A stretch of DNA of 64,000 bases from Octopus vulgaris (lineage: Eukaryota). Below, piece after piece: positions 27,812-43,194 of this stretch. The stretch spans positions 11,222,001-11,286,000 of the forward strand of contig OX597824.1 of NCBI GenBank assembly GCA_951406725.2, in the 5' to 3' direction. How positions within the stretch are numbered: position 1 is the first letter of the stretch; every line of letters begins with the position of its first letter. The position numbers and the translations under genes are program-made. The notes beneath the pieces are model-generated. The model saw only the letters and a program-made list of their open reading frames with translations. It was not told the DNA's origin and ran no database searches.

Positions 27812-28431
27812 GAGTCATTGTAGAATTCAGTGTACTACACCATACCATCACATACACACAACCAAAGTGCCTGAAGAGAACTTGAACTCAATACCTTTGT
27901 GACGGTGGCAACACAATATCATAGCTAATCTACTTGACTATTTCACTTGGTAACAACTTAGTAGTTTACGAAAAACAAACTTAAGGTTACCTGTATGACC
28001 ACAGTAATAGATGAGAGATGAGAGTCTACAAGCAGAAGAATATCATGGTATGGAATGTGATAAGATGCTTTTGATGAATGTTTACTCTCAGAATGTTTCT
28101 GCAGTAAACATTACAAGAATGCCGGCATAGAAAAGCCCAACACATCTCCCTCAGTGCTAGTGCCAAGTAAACAGCTCTTTGGTTAAGGTTTCATCTTTGA
28201 GTGAGAAACAAACAGTAGAAACAGAACTAAACGTAGTAACAAACAAAATTGAAGTCTAATGGGTTGAGGGTGTCACCCTTTGGCATTTTGGAATGGAAAC
28301 AATGGAACTCTTCAAGAGTTTTTGTTATTTATATTCAGACAGAACAAGGAGAGGTGAAGAGATGGAAATCAAACTGATTTCACTGTTTTGTAGAATGTAC
28401 GGGCCTCTGTGTATGTGAGATTTTCTGTATC

Positions 28432-28470
<39 letters not shown>

Positions 28471-28582
28471 GTTGAACTCAAGAAAAGGAAGCATGAGAGA
28501 GGAAGGGGTGGTGCAGAGGAGGAGTGGAATGGTGTAGAGTTATGGAGGAGGGGGGCAGTAAATAACTAGAATAATAGAGATG

Positions 28583-28614
<32 letters not shown>

Positions 28615-28892
28615 GTGGGGGTGTGGCATTGTGATGGTTGAAAAAGGATTGGTGTGAAGGGGAATGATAGATAAGTATAAATTACAGAAGAAAAAAGAAA
28701 AAAAAGAAAGAAACAAAACCCTGCCAAAAATAAAATACAAAACAACAATTAAGATGATATAAAAAAAACATGGCAAAAATATCAAATTAACAAAGCACAT
28801 CCTTGAAATATGTAGTTATGTATATGACATATATATATGTGTATGTATATGCATATATATATACATATATATATAATATATAATAATAATAC

Positions 28893-28923
<31 letters not shown>

Positions 28924-29100
28924 TTAGGGAGTATAACTCCAAACTTACAGGGAAAAATTCAATTTAGTATTAAATCAAATTGCACAATATAAATATATTG
29001 TGATCTAGTTATATGTTTTAAAATATATTTTATTTTTTATTTAAGATTTGGTTTATGCCTATCATTGTTTGAATTGCATAATAGTCGTTTTTCTCTAACT

Positions 29101-29139
<39 letters not shown>

Positions 29140-29175
29140 ATATCATGTATATATTACATATATCATATACATATA

Positions 29176-29211
<36 letters not shown>

Positions 29212-29733
29212 CATACATACATACATACATATACTTGTTATATGTTTTGTAAGTACTCCATAGGTTGCATCTATGCGTATGTGTGAGTGTGGGTGTGGGT
29301 GTGTGCATGTGTGCGTGGGTGTGTGCATGTGTGTGTGTGATAATGTGGATCAATGAGAAGACAGTCACAGTGAGTCAATATTGTTATTTCCCTCAATGTT
29401 CTGCTAATTAAATATATATCTATCTATATATATATATAAACAGATGTTAATAATTATAGAATTATTAGAATGATCAATATATGATCCACAGATATAGTCA
29501 TTACAAGGAACAAGTACACATGGAATAAGGACACTGTATGAATATGAACTATTTCAGAGTCACGCAAGTTTAAATTTGAGAAAAATTTCAGTGACATATT
29601 CAACATGTTTTTTCCCAGAATGCCTGTAATAAACAATGATGAGTTGTAAAATTAAAAGTTTTCCCTGGTATTTTAAATATTAACCTTTTCATTAAGGATA
29701 CATATATATATATATATATATACACACCCACGC

Positions 29734-29912
29734 TTTGTGTATTAAGGCTACCATTGGTTCCATGCTAAGGAAGCCTTTAGCAATTATCAAGCCTGTTACA
29801 TGGAATATTGGTGTTCACCTCCACTTTGAAAGTTTTAATCCAAAATGGAGATGACTTGATAATTGTAGAGGTATTCCTTAACATGAAACCAATGGTAGCC
29901 TTAATACACAAA
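29734..29912. repeat. Fold-back element with ~58-bp inverted arms
   Basis: TTTGTGTATTAAGGCTACCATTGGTT... and its reverse complement. Confidence 0.85.
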
Positions 29913-29993
29913 TAAATAATCTTTATCCCCCAATGCAGTGTTGAGCACTCATTTTCATTGTAAAATATTTATGTGTATGTGTGTGTATATATG

Positions 29994-30083
<90 letters not shown>

Positions 30084-30725
30084 AGTGTGTACATACACTT
30101 AAACACATACAATATATAATCAGCTCTAATTCAATATTTAAAGGAATTTTTCCTGTTTTTTTCTTTCATTCATATTCAGTAATTTTTTCTTTTCTCTGGT
30201 AATTAAGAAAATAATGAAAAGGAAAAGAAGATATTTTTCTTTTAAACAAACAATTCAAATTTGATTGGGACCGTCCATGACAAACTATCACAGGTTTTTT
30301 TTTTTTTTTGTCTTTTGCTTCTGAAAACTGATTTCATTAAACTCACTGACATTGAAGGTAATGAGAAACAACACAAAAGATGGATGAGGTGAAAGAATAT
30401 TACACAACCGATAATAGCAGGAAAAATTATAGCTTGGACTCAAGGAATATCTCAGTATAGTATAATAATGTAATAGAATCAGAAACTGAACATGTGCTTT
30501 TTGGCAAAATGATCTTTCTTAGATTGGCAAGGAATTAGTACATATCATGTATAGTATAATATAATATAATATGTAATATGTAATATAATATAATATATAA
30601 TATAATATAATATAATATAATATAATATAATATAATACAATACAATACAATATAGTATAATATACAATATGTAATATAATATAATATAATATAATATAAT
30701 ATAATATGTAATATAATATAATGTT

Positions 30726-30884
30726 GCTGAATTTTACATGAAACAAGAAAGCCCCCAGAAAGCAGAAGGATTTCTCTTGGATGCCATGAAAAGGTATAAA
30801 CAGGAAGGCTGGGATATTCTTGGTAACGGTGTTGCAGTACTTCTTGCTCAATGTCAGAAGAAACTCAGTAATCCTCTTAAATAT
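30726..30884 (+). pseudogene. TRAPPC10: Isolated TRAPPC10 coding fragment
   Basis: AEFYMKQESPQKAEGFLLDAMKRYKQEGWDILGNGVAVLLAQCQKKLSNPLKY matches recalled human AEFYMRKKAPQKAEIYLQGALKNYLAEGWALPITHTRKQLAECQKHLGQIENY; no canonical splice sites; preceded by (TATAA)n. Confidence 0.8.
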
Positions 30885-30934
30885 GCCATAATAATATGAT
30901 GTTATACACAAACTTATAAGTACAAAGTATGTCA

Positions 30935-31180
30935 GTACTCTACAGAAAAAGGAATTCTCAAATGCAGTGGGGCTATGAATGCAACCTTTTCTAAGTTGTA
31001 TCCTTGATTTTCTGTCGGGTAAATACTCTTTAGAAGACAGTAAAATGTGGCCAGCGGGCCTTCCCTTTGAAGGTTTGCTGGCCACATTTTACCATCTTCT
31101 AAAGTGCAAGTACCTGATTTTCTAAAGCCATATTCACAGCCCTCCTGCGTTTGAGAATTCCTTTATTTTCTGTAGAATAC
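30935..31180. repeat. ~245-bp imperfect palindrome centred near 31065
   Basis: TCTACAGAAAA.GGAATTCTCAAA and CTTTAGAAGA..GTAAAATGTGGCCAGC recur as reverse complements. Confidence 0.85.
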
Positions 31181-31368
31181 ATACCTACCTACCTATATAT
31201 ATACATACATACATACATACATATATACATAGATACATGTATGTGAGTACAGATACATACAAATATATCTATCTATCTACCTATATATATATATATATAT
31301 ACTGGAGTAAGCACATAAATGTGAAACAAAGTGGAAAAAAAGAGTACTCAAATACCAGAGGTAGAGTA

Positions 31369-32025
<657 letters not shown>

Positions 32026-32035
32026 CAAATAGACA

Positions 32036-32112
<77 letters not shown>

Positions 32113-32393
32113 CAGACAGATAGATAGATAGGTATGAACACTGATACAGGTATATGTCTGGGTATTTTCTGCATTCAACAAGATGCATACATTTACATCA
32201 AAAGATAACTTGGCAATTTGAGAAACAGAGACTGATAAAATATGTACCACAGTGAAATAAGTAAAATAAGAACTGGGATTGGTATGGTCAATAAAAAACA
32301 CCGAAGATGCACCAGTATGGTCACATTCCAATGACTGAAAACTGTAAAAGGATTTTAAAGAGTTTTGTGTGTGGATGTGTGAATGTACTTGGA

Positions 32394-32470
<77 letters not shown>

Positions 32471-32858
32471 TGTATGTGTGGTGTGTGTGTCAATGTGTGG
32501 ATGTGCTTATTGTATGTGCATGTGTGGATGTATATGGACTCTGTGTGTGTGTGCATCTGTGTGAGTGTGTGGTATGTGCTTAGAGTGTGTACTTGGTGTG
32601 TGTGTGTGTATGTGTGTGTGTATGTGTGTGTCTGTATGTGTGTGTGTGTGTGTCTGTGTCTGTGTGAGTGTGTGGTATGTGCTTAGTGTATGTGCTTGAT
32701 GTGTGTGTGTTTTGTGTGTGTGTGCTTGGTGTGTATGTGTATGTGTGTGCTTGTGTGTGTGTGTCTGTCTGTGTGAGTGTGTGGTATGTGCTTAGAGTGT
32801 GTGCTTGGTGTGTGTGAGCTTGGTGTGTATGTGTATGTGTGTATGTATGTGTGTGTGT

Positions 32859-32978
<120 letters not shown>

Positions 32979-33329
32979 ATGTGTGTGTGTGACAGTTCTT
33001 TATGTTCAGGCTCAGAGCACCATTACTTAACAAAAATGATTCACAGAAGAATAACAAGAACTGCAATCCAGTTAACAATTTAGATTTGCATTTGAAATAT
33101 ATGCCGAGGCAATTCTTCTGATAACTTGGAAAACAGAAGCAATAACAATCACTTGTAACAAAAAAAAAATAGTAAAAAGAAGTCCTTTTAATAATCTCTT
33201 TTCTTTTCTTCATTCAATTTTCTTGTCATCGAGTCTGACGTGTTTCTTTCCATTTACCCATATCAGTAATATATGTTAATATATGTTAAAATATGTTAAA
33301 ACAGCTATATGTTAATTTTTTTTCTTCTT

Positions 33330-33443
33330 TTAGTTTGGTAACGTATCTATCTGATGATTAGAGCTGTCGTCTGGCTTCTGAAGTAGCATCATGACTGGGT
33401 AGTGTAAATCTTTGTTGTAGATATTACTGTTGTGGCACTGTAG
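33330..33443 (-). CDS. CAMKMT: CAMKMT last coding exon (LQCHNSNIYNKDLHYPVMMLLQKPDDSSNHQIDTLPN*)
   Basis: CCCCTCACAG| acceptor, phase 0; IY...LHYP motif; TAA at 33332-33330. Confidence 0.93.
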   Translation of the reverse strand, partial: LQCHNSNIYNKDLHYPVMMLLQKPDDSSNHQIDTLPN

Positions 33444-33634
33444 CTGTGAGGGGGGGAAAATAAATATATATAAAAGTAAATAAATAAAAATACAAATAAA
33501 GGAAAAATACAGATTGACAACTAAAGATAATGAAGGAAATGGTGAATGTTTATCAAATTCTCTCTCTCTCCCTATATAAATGTGTGTGTGTATATATATA
33601 TATATATAGAATGTGTGTGCATATAAATATATAC

Positions 33635-33667
<33 letters not shown>

Positions 33668-33823
33668 ATACACATATATATATAATGTGTGTACATATAA
33701 ATATATACTATATATATATATATATATATGTATGTATATACACATATATATATAATGTGTGTACATATAAATATATACTATATATATATATATATATATA
33801 TAATGCGTGTACATATAAATATA

Positions 33824-33918
<95 letters not shown>

Positions 33919-35035
33919 TACACACACGTTCATATATATGTGTGTGCGTGTGTATATAAATATCTAATATATAATACACACACACATTCATACATATATG
34001 TATGTGTATGTATATGTATGAGATAAAATCAATACGTCTACACATTAATAGGATGATCTTGTTTTATTAGCTCATTGGAATGCTGAGTTAGTCAGAAGCA
34101 AAGATACACAGGTGTTTATGTGTGAGAGAGAAAGTGTGAACACATGTGTGTGTATGCATGTATATATCTATGTATATATATCGTAATCATCGTCATTTTT
34201 GTGTCCACTTTTCTATGCTCACATAAGTAAGAAGGAATTTGTTGAGGTAAGTTCTTTTACAGCTGGATACCCTTCCTGTAACCAACCCTAACTGGTTTTC
34301 TAGCAAGGTGATATTTCTCCATAGCTAGACATGTTTTTCACAGAAGACTCGAACTAAACAACCTTGTTATTATAGTGGTGATGCTCAATTACAACCATCA
34401 CATGATGACTAGATGAAGATTTGCACAAACCCTAACCCTAACCTTCCAAGAAGGAGGCCTTCCCATTGAGCATTTGTTGGCTTGGTTACAATTACAGATA
34501 ATTCAGGTACATCATTTATCATAGAAAATAGTTTAGTTGAAGGGAACACAATCTCTGAATTAATGGTGCTGTTACAAAAATAAAGAAATGTAATTGAATC
34601 TGTGACTCAAGAGATGTGAAGTAATTACACATGAGATTTTTAGATGAGAAAATATGGAAGGCTGGCAGAATCATTAGCATGCTTAGTGGTATTTTGTCTG
34701 TCTTTACATTCTGAGTACAGATTCAGCCGAGGTTAACTTTGCCTTTTAATCTCCAAACTTGGTTTAAAAATTCAACTGTTACTTGAGTATATACAGTGAT
34801 TTTATTTGATGCCAAGGATGTTGTTAAAAGGACACTATCAAGTAGAACCCAAATGATCTCTCTAGCTATCCCCCACTGGCAAATAGTACCAGCCAGCCAG
34901 CCAATGACTCCTCTATTGGAAGACATTTGATCCATGAGGTCTATCATAGACGTTGATGACAGACCAGTCTGATCCTATGCCTGCGAGGAGAGAAATAGAG
35001 GAAAGCGCTTAAGGTTAGAAATGAGTCCAACTTAC

Positions 35036-35164
35036 CTCCAGATGACGATTCCACACATCATCATCATACCTCTCTGCTACAGAACAAAGAAATACGGAAG
35101 ATGCTAAGTGAAGAAATTCATTAAAACTGTTTTTTCGTGTTGGAGCAAAGACAAGGGCTTCTCC
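35036..35164 (-). CDS. CAMKMT: CAMKMT exon (GEALVFAPTRKNSFNEFLHLASSVFLCSVAERYDDDVWNRHLE)
   Basis: 129 nt, TTTCTAG| and |GTAAGT; matches GKAMVFAPRRGNTLNQF. Confidence 0.95.
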
Positions 35165-35600
35165 CTAGAAAAACAAGAAGGGAAATATTAAATGTATTAT
35201 GTAGAATATAGTAATATTCAAAGAAAGTGGAAAAACTTTGATAATTTTAGAATGTTCAAGAGCTAGAAATGTCATGTTACCAGAAGCCATCTATTGACTG
35301 GGCATGAAGTATTTTAGCACAGCCATTTTGGTGCTGCCTATTTAGTGTTGCCCTTTTGGTACCACCTATTTTGGTGTCGTTGATTCGACACTAACTTAAT
35401 TTGAAATCAGGTATTTTAATGTTTCTCTCATTCTCTTTTCATCTCTCTTTCTGTTTGTGTGTACGAGCATCTAAGTTATGTTTGTATGTATGTATAGTGT
35501 CTCTCTCTCTCTCTCTCTCTCTCACTCACACACTCTCTCTTTCTCTATTCTTTGTATGTGTATATTTCTGTATGTGTGTATGTTTGTGTATGTTTGCTTC

Positions 35601-35828
35601 TTATTTCTTTATTGCCCACAAGGGGCTAAACATAGAGGGGATAAACAAGGACAGACAAAGGTATTCAGTCGATTACATCGACCCCAGTGCGTAACTGGTA
35701 TTTAATTTATCGACCCTGAAAGGATGAAAGGCAAAGTCGACCTCGGCGGAATTTGAACCCAGAACGTAACGGCAGACGAAATACGGCTACGCATTTTGCC
35801 CGGTGTGCTAACGTTTCTGCCAGCTCAC
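35601..35828 (-). mobile_element. SINE family A monomer
   Basis: Head, core and tail present. Confidence 0.85.
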
Positions 35829-37865
35829 TGCTGATGGCTTGTATTGGTCAACCACATGCCACATGGCCATGGCAGATTAGGAAGTATGTTGAGGAGATGG
35901 GGACTAACTGAGAGGTTGCTTGGTGGGTCACCTAGGAAGACCCAGGAATGTACCAACAAATGGTGACTGCAGCGATGCACTGCAATGGTGCATGTCCCCC
36001 ACATCCGACCTGACAGAATATGAAGACAACTTTGCATGTGAAACCTGTTATCTGCCTCACCTGCCTAAATGAGGAGAGTTACTACCAATATGAAATATTA
36101 GTATTGTTTGTAACTATGTTGCATCAAGATTAATTAAAGATAAGAAAGGGTTAAATAATTGTTTTTAAACTGACTTAAATCAAGCTGTTTATTTACATGT
36201 TTATTTATATTTGTTTATATATTTTTCCAAGGTCAATTTGTATTTACCAGATGTACTGGTTTGGCAAGAAGTTTTGTCTGAGGATGTGAGTAGAAACTGA
36301 AACATTCGCAGCATGGACAAGTCACAATGGCCATTTAAAATACACATATATATATATATATCACACAATTTCTACTCAGTGCACTTTCATATACATCCAC
36401 TTTTTCTGCTCTCCTATCCTATTCTGTCTCATATTCACCTTGTACCAGGGCCTCACATTTGTTTGTTTATTTGTTTGTTTGTTTCTTTCTTTCTTTCTTT
36501 CCTTCCTTCTGTCTTTCTGTCTTTCTCTTTCTCTCTCTCTTTCTTTCTGTCTGCCCCTCCCCCTCCCTTTACCCCCACCTCTCTTTCCAGGTAAGCAATC
36601 CATATATTCACATCTTCAGCAAGACCTCTGCTCCTGTCCCGCTATCATGGTTTTTTTTTTATCCCTCTATTCTACACCCACTCAATTGAGGGGCCTTATC
36701 TTGCAGATACTTTGGTGACCTCACCAGTGTTGGTGCCAGACAAAAAACATTCAGTACACTGAATGAAACCATGCTAAAGCAGGCATAGAATCTGGCAGTA
36801 CCCTCTGGCTCATCTGTTCTCGTTGAACCATCCAACCCATGCCAGCATGGAAAAGTAGGCATTAAATGATGATGATAATGAAGAGGAAGATGTGGAGTGG
36901 GAAGCGGGGAGGAGGATATACACACCATTTTATTTACTTTTGCTTTATGTCATATATTGTGGAGGCGCAATGTCCCAGTGGTTAGGGCAGTGGACTTGCG
37001 GTCGGAGGATTGCGGTTTCGATTTCCAGACCGGGTGTTGTGTGTGTTTATTGAGCGAAAACACCTAAAAGGTCCATGAGGCTTCGGTAGGGAATAGTGAC
37101 GACCCCTGTTGTACTCTTTCCCCACAACTTTCTCTCACTCTCTCTTCCTGTTTCTTGAGTAATGCTGCAATGGACTGGCGCCCTGTCCAGCTGGGGGGAA
37201 CACATACACCACAGAAACCGGGAAACTGGGCCCATGAGCCTGGCTAGGCTTGAAAAGGGTGACGTTTTTATCATTTTATGTAATATATTATAAAATATTG
37301 AGAAATATCTTTCAGTTATGGTATTGTGATTGATACCTTTCCCTGGATATATAGAACAAGCATTATATTTTTATCTTTTAGTCAGGTAGGAAGGCAGTGG
37401 CCATGACCTCTTGACCTTTAAGGAAGCTTTTGAGGCAGGTGGGAAGGATGGAGGAAGGAAGGTATCCTTGAACTGGAAGCCTGGTCAGAATGCTTGCAAC
37501 ACAGTGGCCTTTGCTAAAGATATCCAAAGTGCCAGGTGTTGGAATTAAACCAGGTGATGGATTAACTCTACCCACCCAAGATGTATGGAATATGCAGATG
37601 AGGTAAGTTTTCTGAAGATGGATACGCTCCCTGTTATGTTAGTAACCCTCACACATTTTCAAGTAAGGAAAAAAGAAGGAAAGAGGAGAAAAAAGACAAA
37701 AAGGTAAGAAAAAAGAGGGGAAGAGAGAAAGAAAGCAAAAAGACTTTTAGTGATGACCACACCACACCTGCTTTTTTTTTGAAGAGGCCACCATTCTTAA
37801 ACCCTTTCCAATACAATGGTAAATGGCTAAATAAATAAATGGTGAATAGGAAGAGAGATCCTCCT

Positions 37866-37903
<38 letters not shown>

Positions 37904-38510
37904 TCTCCCTCTTTCCATCCATCTATCAGCCTATCTCCCTACCTGTATTTCTATCTATCCATCTCCATTGTCAATGGAACCTCACCCAAAAAACAAAAAC
38001 ATTGTTCTCTTCTTCTAAACAAACCCGCCCCCAAAACATCTGTTTCATATAAATGCACAAGCTGTTTGTATATTCACAAAATTTTATTTGACAAGTTCAA
38101 GAAATGAAGGAAAAAGCACCAATAATAATGCAGAAATAAAAAGATTTTTTCCAAAATTCTGACAACTTTTTTTCTCAATATTCAATTTCTGTACATTACA
38201 CCTAACACTCTACACACACACACACACACACAATCCACACCCACACACACCCACACACATCCACCCACACAGATATGAATGTATGTATGTATGTATGTAA
38301 TATATATGTATGTATAAAAGAAATGGAAAGCAAAACAATGAATTGAACAATTAAATAATTTAATCATTAAATGATAAACTCAGTTCAATTTAATTATTTC
38401 ATACAAACAAATGACTCATCTCATAAAGTACAGCTGTTTCCACTTCATTAGTAAAATGAAGTTTAACAAGAATAACAAAATCCCGTTTAAATATATAATG
38501 AGGTTTCATC

Positions 38511-38571
<61 letters not shown>

Positions 38572-39368
38572 TCATCATCATCGTTTAACATCCGCTTTCC
38601 ATGCCAGCATGGATTGGACGATTTGACTGAGGACTGGCGAACCAGATGGCTGTACTAGGCTCCAATCTTGATCTGGCAGAGTTTCTACTGCTGGATGCCC
38701 TTCCTAATGCGAAACACTCCAAGAGTGTAGTGGGTGCTTTTTACATGCCACCGGCACAGGGCCAGTCAGGCAGTACTGGCAATGACCTCGCTTGAATGTT
38801 CTTTCACGTGCCACCAGCACAGGTGCCAGTAAGGTGATGCTGGTAACGATCACGCACGAATGGTGCCTTTTATGTGCCACCGGCACGGAAGCCAGTTAGC
38901 CGCTCTGGCAATGATCACGCTTGGATGGTGCTCTTACCACCCTACTAGCACTGGGCACAAGTGCCAGTAAGGCGACGCTGGTAACAATCACGCTCGAATG
39001 GTGCCTTTTATGTGCCACTGGCATGGAAGCCGGTGAGCCGCTCTGTCAATGATCACACTCGTATTGTGCTCTGTGCACTCCGCTAAACATATATATATAT
39101 ATATATGAATGACAAGCTTCCTTAAATTACTGTCTCCTAAATCCACTTAAAAAGCATTGATTGGACTAGGGTTATAGAAGAACACCCTTGTCCCAAGATG
39201 CCACATTGTGGAACTGAGCCAGAAATCATGTGTTTTGGGAAGCAAACATCTTAACACCACACATCTATGCCTGCACCTATCTATTACATTATCTTTATTT
39301 GCACCACTGTTTGGTAAATCTATCTTATTTCATTGAGATTAGGAGGATTAAGTCGAAATAATACTTAC

Positions 39369-39432
39369 ACCTGGTTTCAGTAAATAATTAATGGTATCAA
39401 TCAAATCCAGCCGAGCTTCTTCGAAGAACAGA
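39369..39432 (-). CDS. CAMKMT: CAMKMT exon (C-LFFEEARLDLIDTINYLLKPG)
   Basis: 64 nt, CTTTCTAG| and |GTAAGT, phase 2->0. Confidence 0.95.
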
Positions 39433-40209
39433 CTAGAAAGGCAAAAATGAAGAAAACTTATAATGCAATACAGGTACATAATGTCACATTTAACAGCACA
39501 AATAATATGGGTTTCCTTATATTTTAGTCACAAAACATGGAAGAATTACAAATTTGATTACATCTTGTCTTTTATCTTATTTTTTGGTTGTTTCAGTCAC
39601 TGGACTATGGCCATGCTGGGGCACTGTTTGATTTATCTGACTAAAACTCAAACAAATCAGACCCAGCACATAGTGTGTCAGTCTCTGTTGCTGAACTGCT
39701 TAGTGACAGGGATGTAAATAACCCAATGCTGGTTGTCAAGTGAGTGGTGGGGAGAGACACATACACACACACACACACACATACACATGTATATATGTAT
39801 ATATGTACATATATATTTGTATAGCCATCCATCCATCCATCCATCCATCCATATACACACACACACACACACACGATAAGTTACCACACAGTTTCTTTCC
39901 ACCAAATTCACTCACAAGACATTGGTTAGCCTGGGGCTATAGTGGAAGACATTTGCCCAAGGTGCCACACAGTGAGCTTGAAACTGAAACCATGGTGCTG
40001 TAAAATGAGCTTCTTCACCATGCAGCCATATCAAGTAAAACGATTGAGGAAGCTTCATAAATAACTAATTCAGTTCGCATATCCAAGCTTTACTCAATTT
40101 TCAAACAGCTGGATACTAAGTGTCCTGGTGATTGCTTTTTGTTCTGTCAGATCATATGAATATAAGCATACAAAATACAGACTTCTGAGAACACCAAATA
40201 TACAGACAG

Positions 40210-40654
40210 GGATCTTTTCGGTTTGAACGGCAGTTTTTAACATAATTTCTAGGTAACAAAAAATTCTAAACTTCGTATACTGGTAGAATGTGTTTATAAA
40301 ACATCTTTTTCTCTTGGCTTTCTTGAGAAAATTCTATAGTTTGTAAGATATTTGTTGTTTTTTTTCTTCAATTTCAACCAATCACTGACGTCTATTGAGG
40401 TAAAAAAGCATTCTGTGCCGTATGAATATGTCCCTCGTTTAAGAAACAGATTGGGTTTATTTACATTTGTGAAGAAAAAAAGATACCCTTCCCCCCACCC
40501 CTAACCTAACCCAAACCCTAACTCTAACTAACCCTAACTAACTCTAACCCTAAAATAGATTGAAATGCAATAGATCGATACTAGGGTCATAATTATGGGT
40601 GACAATTTCATATGACACTGCTAGAAAAAACTGCCGTTCAAACCGAAAACATCC
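40210..40654. mobile_element. MULE-type MITE containing telomere-like CCCTAA/CCTAA repeats
   Basis: TIR GGAT.TTTTCGGTTTGAACGGCAGTTTTT; 9-bp TSD TA(C/T)AGACAG. Confidence 0.85.
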
Positions 40655-41256
40655 TATAGACAGATACATTGAGAGTGGTTTATAAAAACCTAAAATACCT
40701 TATTTTTTTTATAAAATATAGCTTTATCTACACCTGATAAAAAATTCAGGAAAGTTTCCAGAGGATAAGGAAGATAAATAAATAAATTAATAAATTAATA
40801 AACATCTCAATTCTCATCCTAGAGTAAAACAAATAAGCATTCTTTATTAAATATTTTTCTAAACATGCCAAGTATTTTTGCCAAAGGAAGCTTAATATGA
40901 TAAACATAAACATTATCAGGATTTCAAAATTTAAATGCTGAGAGATACATTTTTTATAAAAGTGCAAAGTAAGTAGCTAAGTTTACATGTAAACAGAGAA
41001 GTGTGTGGCATACATGAAGTGAACACATGTGGCGTGTACTTATAAGTTGCAAAAAGAATAAGTATCCACAACTGTAATATGAGAGATCTAGGTTCAATTC
41101 AGGGCGAAGAAGGGAAGGAACTTTTTAAGGCGGTGCTTCACAACAATTAGGTCTCACAATCTAGAAGTAGTTATATTTATATCTATCTACACACATACAC
41201 TCACACACACATGTGCATATACATATATACATATAAATATATGCATATATACATGC

Positions 41257-41294
<38 letters not shown>

Positions 41295-41984
41295 AGCACT
41301 CCGTCTGTTACGACGACGAGGGTCCCAGCTGATACAATCAACGGAACAGCTTGCTCGTGAAATTAATGTGCAAGTGACTGAGCATTCCACAGACACGTGT
41401 ACCCTTAACGTAGTTTGCAAGGAGATTCAACGTGTCATAGGGTGTGACAAGGCTGGCCCTTTTTTTTCTTTGAAATGCAGGTGTTACTCATTTTTGCCAG
41501 CTGAGTGGACTAGAGCAATGTGAAATAAAATGTCTTGCTCAAGGACATAATGTGTGGCCGGGAATTGAAATCACAACCTTACAATCATGAGCTGAATGTC
41601 CTAACCACTAAACCATCATCATCGTTGTCATCATCACCACCATCATTTAACGTCCGTTTTCCATGGTGGCATGGGTTGGACTGTTTGACAGGAGCTACCC
41701 AGGCTCAAAGTCTGTTTAATGCAGGACACCACTACATGTATGCATGTACCTAACATAACCCAGACTGCAAAAACTGATGCAGCATGATAGGATGCACAAC
41801 ATCTCACCCATAAAGGACGGTTGCAGGATGGGTCGAAATGATCGTTGAATGAAATAAAGACTATCACTAAATCCATCTTCTGTTTCCTTAATCAATTATT
41901 ATATCAGGTCATTACGAATGAAATGTCAGATTTTGAACTGAAAGTTTATTTTACTTTATCTCAAAAAAAAAAAAAGCAATGCAG

Positions 41985-42301
41985 TTAATCAAAGTTTGCA
42001 CCTAAATTCTCAACACAATCTTGCCATTTTATCAGTAGCTTATTTATGGTGGCAGTGAAGAGTTCTAGAGAGCAAGAGGTGATGAAATTATGAAAGGCAG
42101 CTTTTGCATCTTCTTTAGATTTGAAGTTTTTTTCCTTGCAAAAAGTTGTCTAATGCCTGGAAAATGTGATAGTCAGTTGGTGCAAGGTCTGGTGAATATG
42201 TTGGATGACAGAGTACTTCCAAGTTCCATTCCTGTAACTTGAGTAACATTCTCTGTGCTAAATGTGGTCGAGCATTGTCTTGCAAGAGAATTGGTCTGTC
42301 T
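41985..42301 (-). mobile_element. Mariner transposase C-terminal fragment
   Basis: ILLQDNARPH...HPTYSPDLAPTDYHIFQALDNFL. Confidence 0.85.
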
Positions 42302-42734
42302 CAGGGGCATGCTTGTCTGTGGAGTGCTCAGCCACTTGCATGCTAATTTTACGAGCAGGCTGTTCCATTGATTGGACTAACTGAAATACTTGTTGTAACT
42401 GATGGAATACCAGTAGTGTATATCCATAACCAGTAATATACTACTCAACAATATAAATATATAACCACTCTATTTCTCATACTGAGAGAGAGAGAGAAAG
42501 AGAGAGAGAGAGTGTGTGCGTGTGTGTATGGCAATGTTGACATATACCAACTGGCAGTATTCTACCTATGTGATCAACACCACATTAATAACTATTTCAT
42601 TCAATCCATGCTTTCAGAATCACAACTCTCTTTTCACTACACTTATCAAACTGTAAACATACAAGCTAAACATCAATAACTTTACCAGCCTTCTTGATCT
42701 CCACCAGACTAAGTAATAATAATAATAATTGTAA

Positions 42735-43066
42735 TGGCTTCAAATTTGGGCACAAGGTCAGCAATTTTAGAGGAGAGACTAATTCAATTACATTAACCTC
42801 AGTACACAACTGGTACTTATTTTATTAATCTCCAAAAGATGAAAGGTAAAGTCAACTTAGGCAGAATTTGAACCCAGAACACAAATGGGACAAACAAAGG
42901 GATTAAGTCGATTACATAGACCCCAGTGCATAACTGGTACTTATTTAATCGATCCCGAAAGGATGAAAGGCGAAGTCAACCTTGGTGGAATTTGAACTCA
43001 GAACGAAATATCGGCAGACAAAATACCGCTAAGCATTTCGCCCATTGTGCTAACGATTCTGCTAGA
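42735..43066 (-). mobile_element. SINE family A dimer (new-tail unit then old-tail unit)
   Basis: Two cores in tandem. Confidence 0.8.
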
Positions 43067-43194
43067 TGAAACAGTGTATTAGTGATCAACTTGTAGATGT
43101 GTGATTAAAACTTTGGTAATAATATATTATTATTATTATTATTATTAATATTAATATTAAATAGCATTAAAGTGAAAGTATGTATAACTGAATG

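Noticed and set aside
30519-31085. 188-aa minus-strand ORF
   Set aside because: Antisense reading of a palindrome, the TRAPPC10 fragment and (TATAA)n
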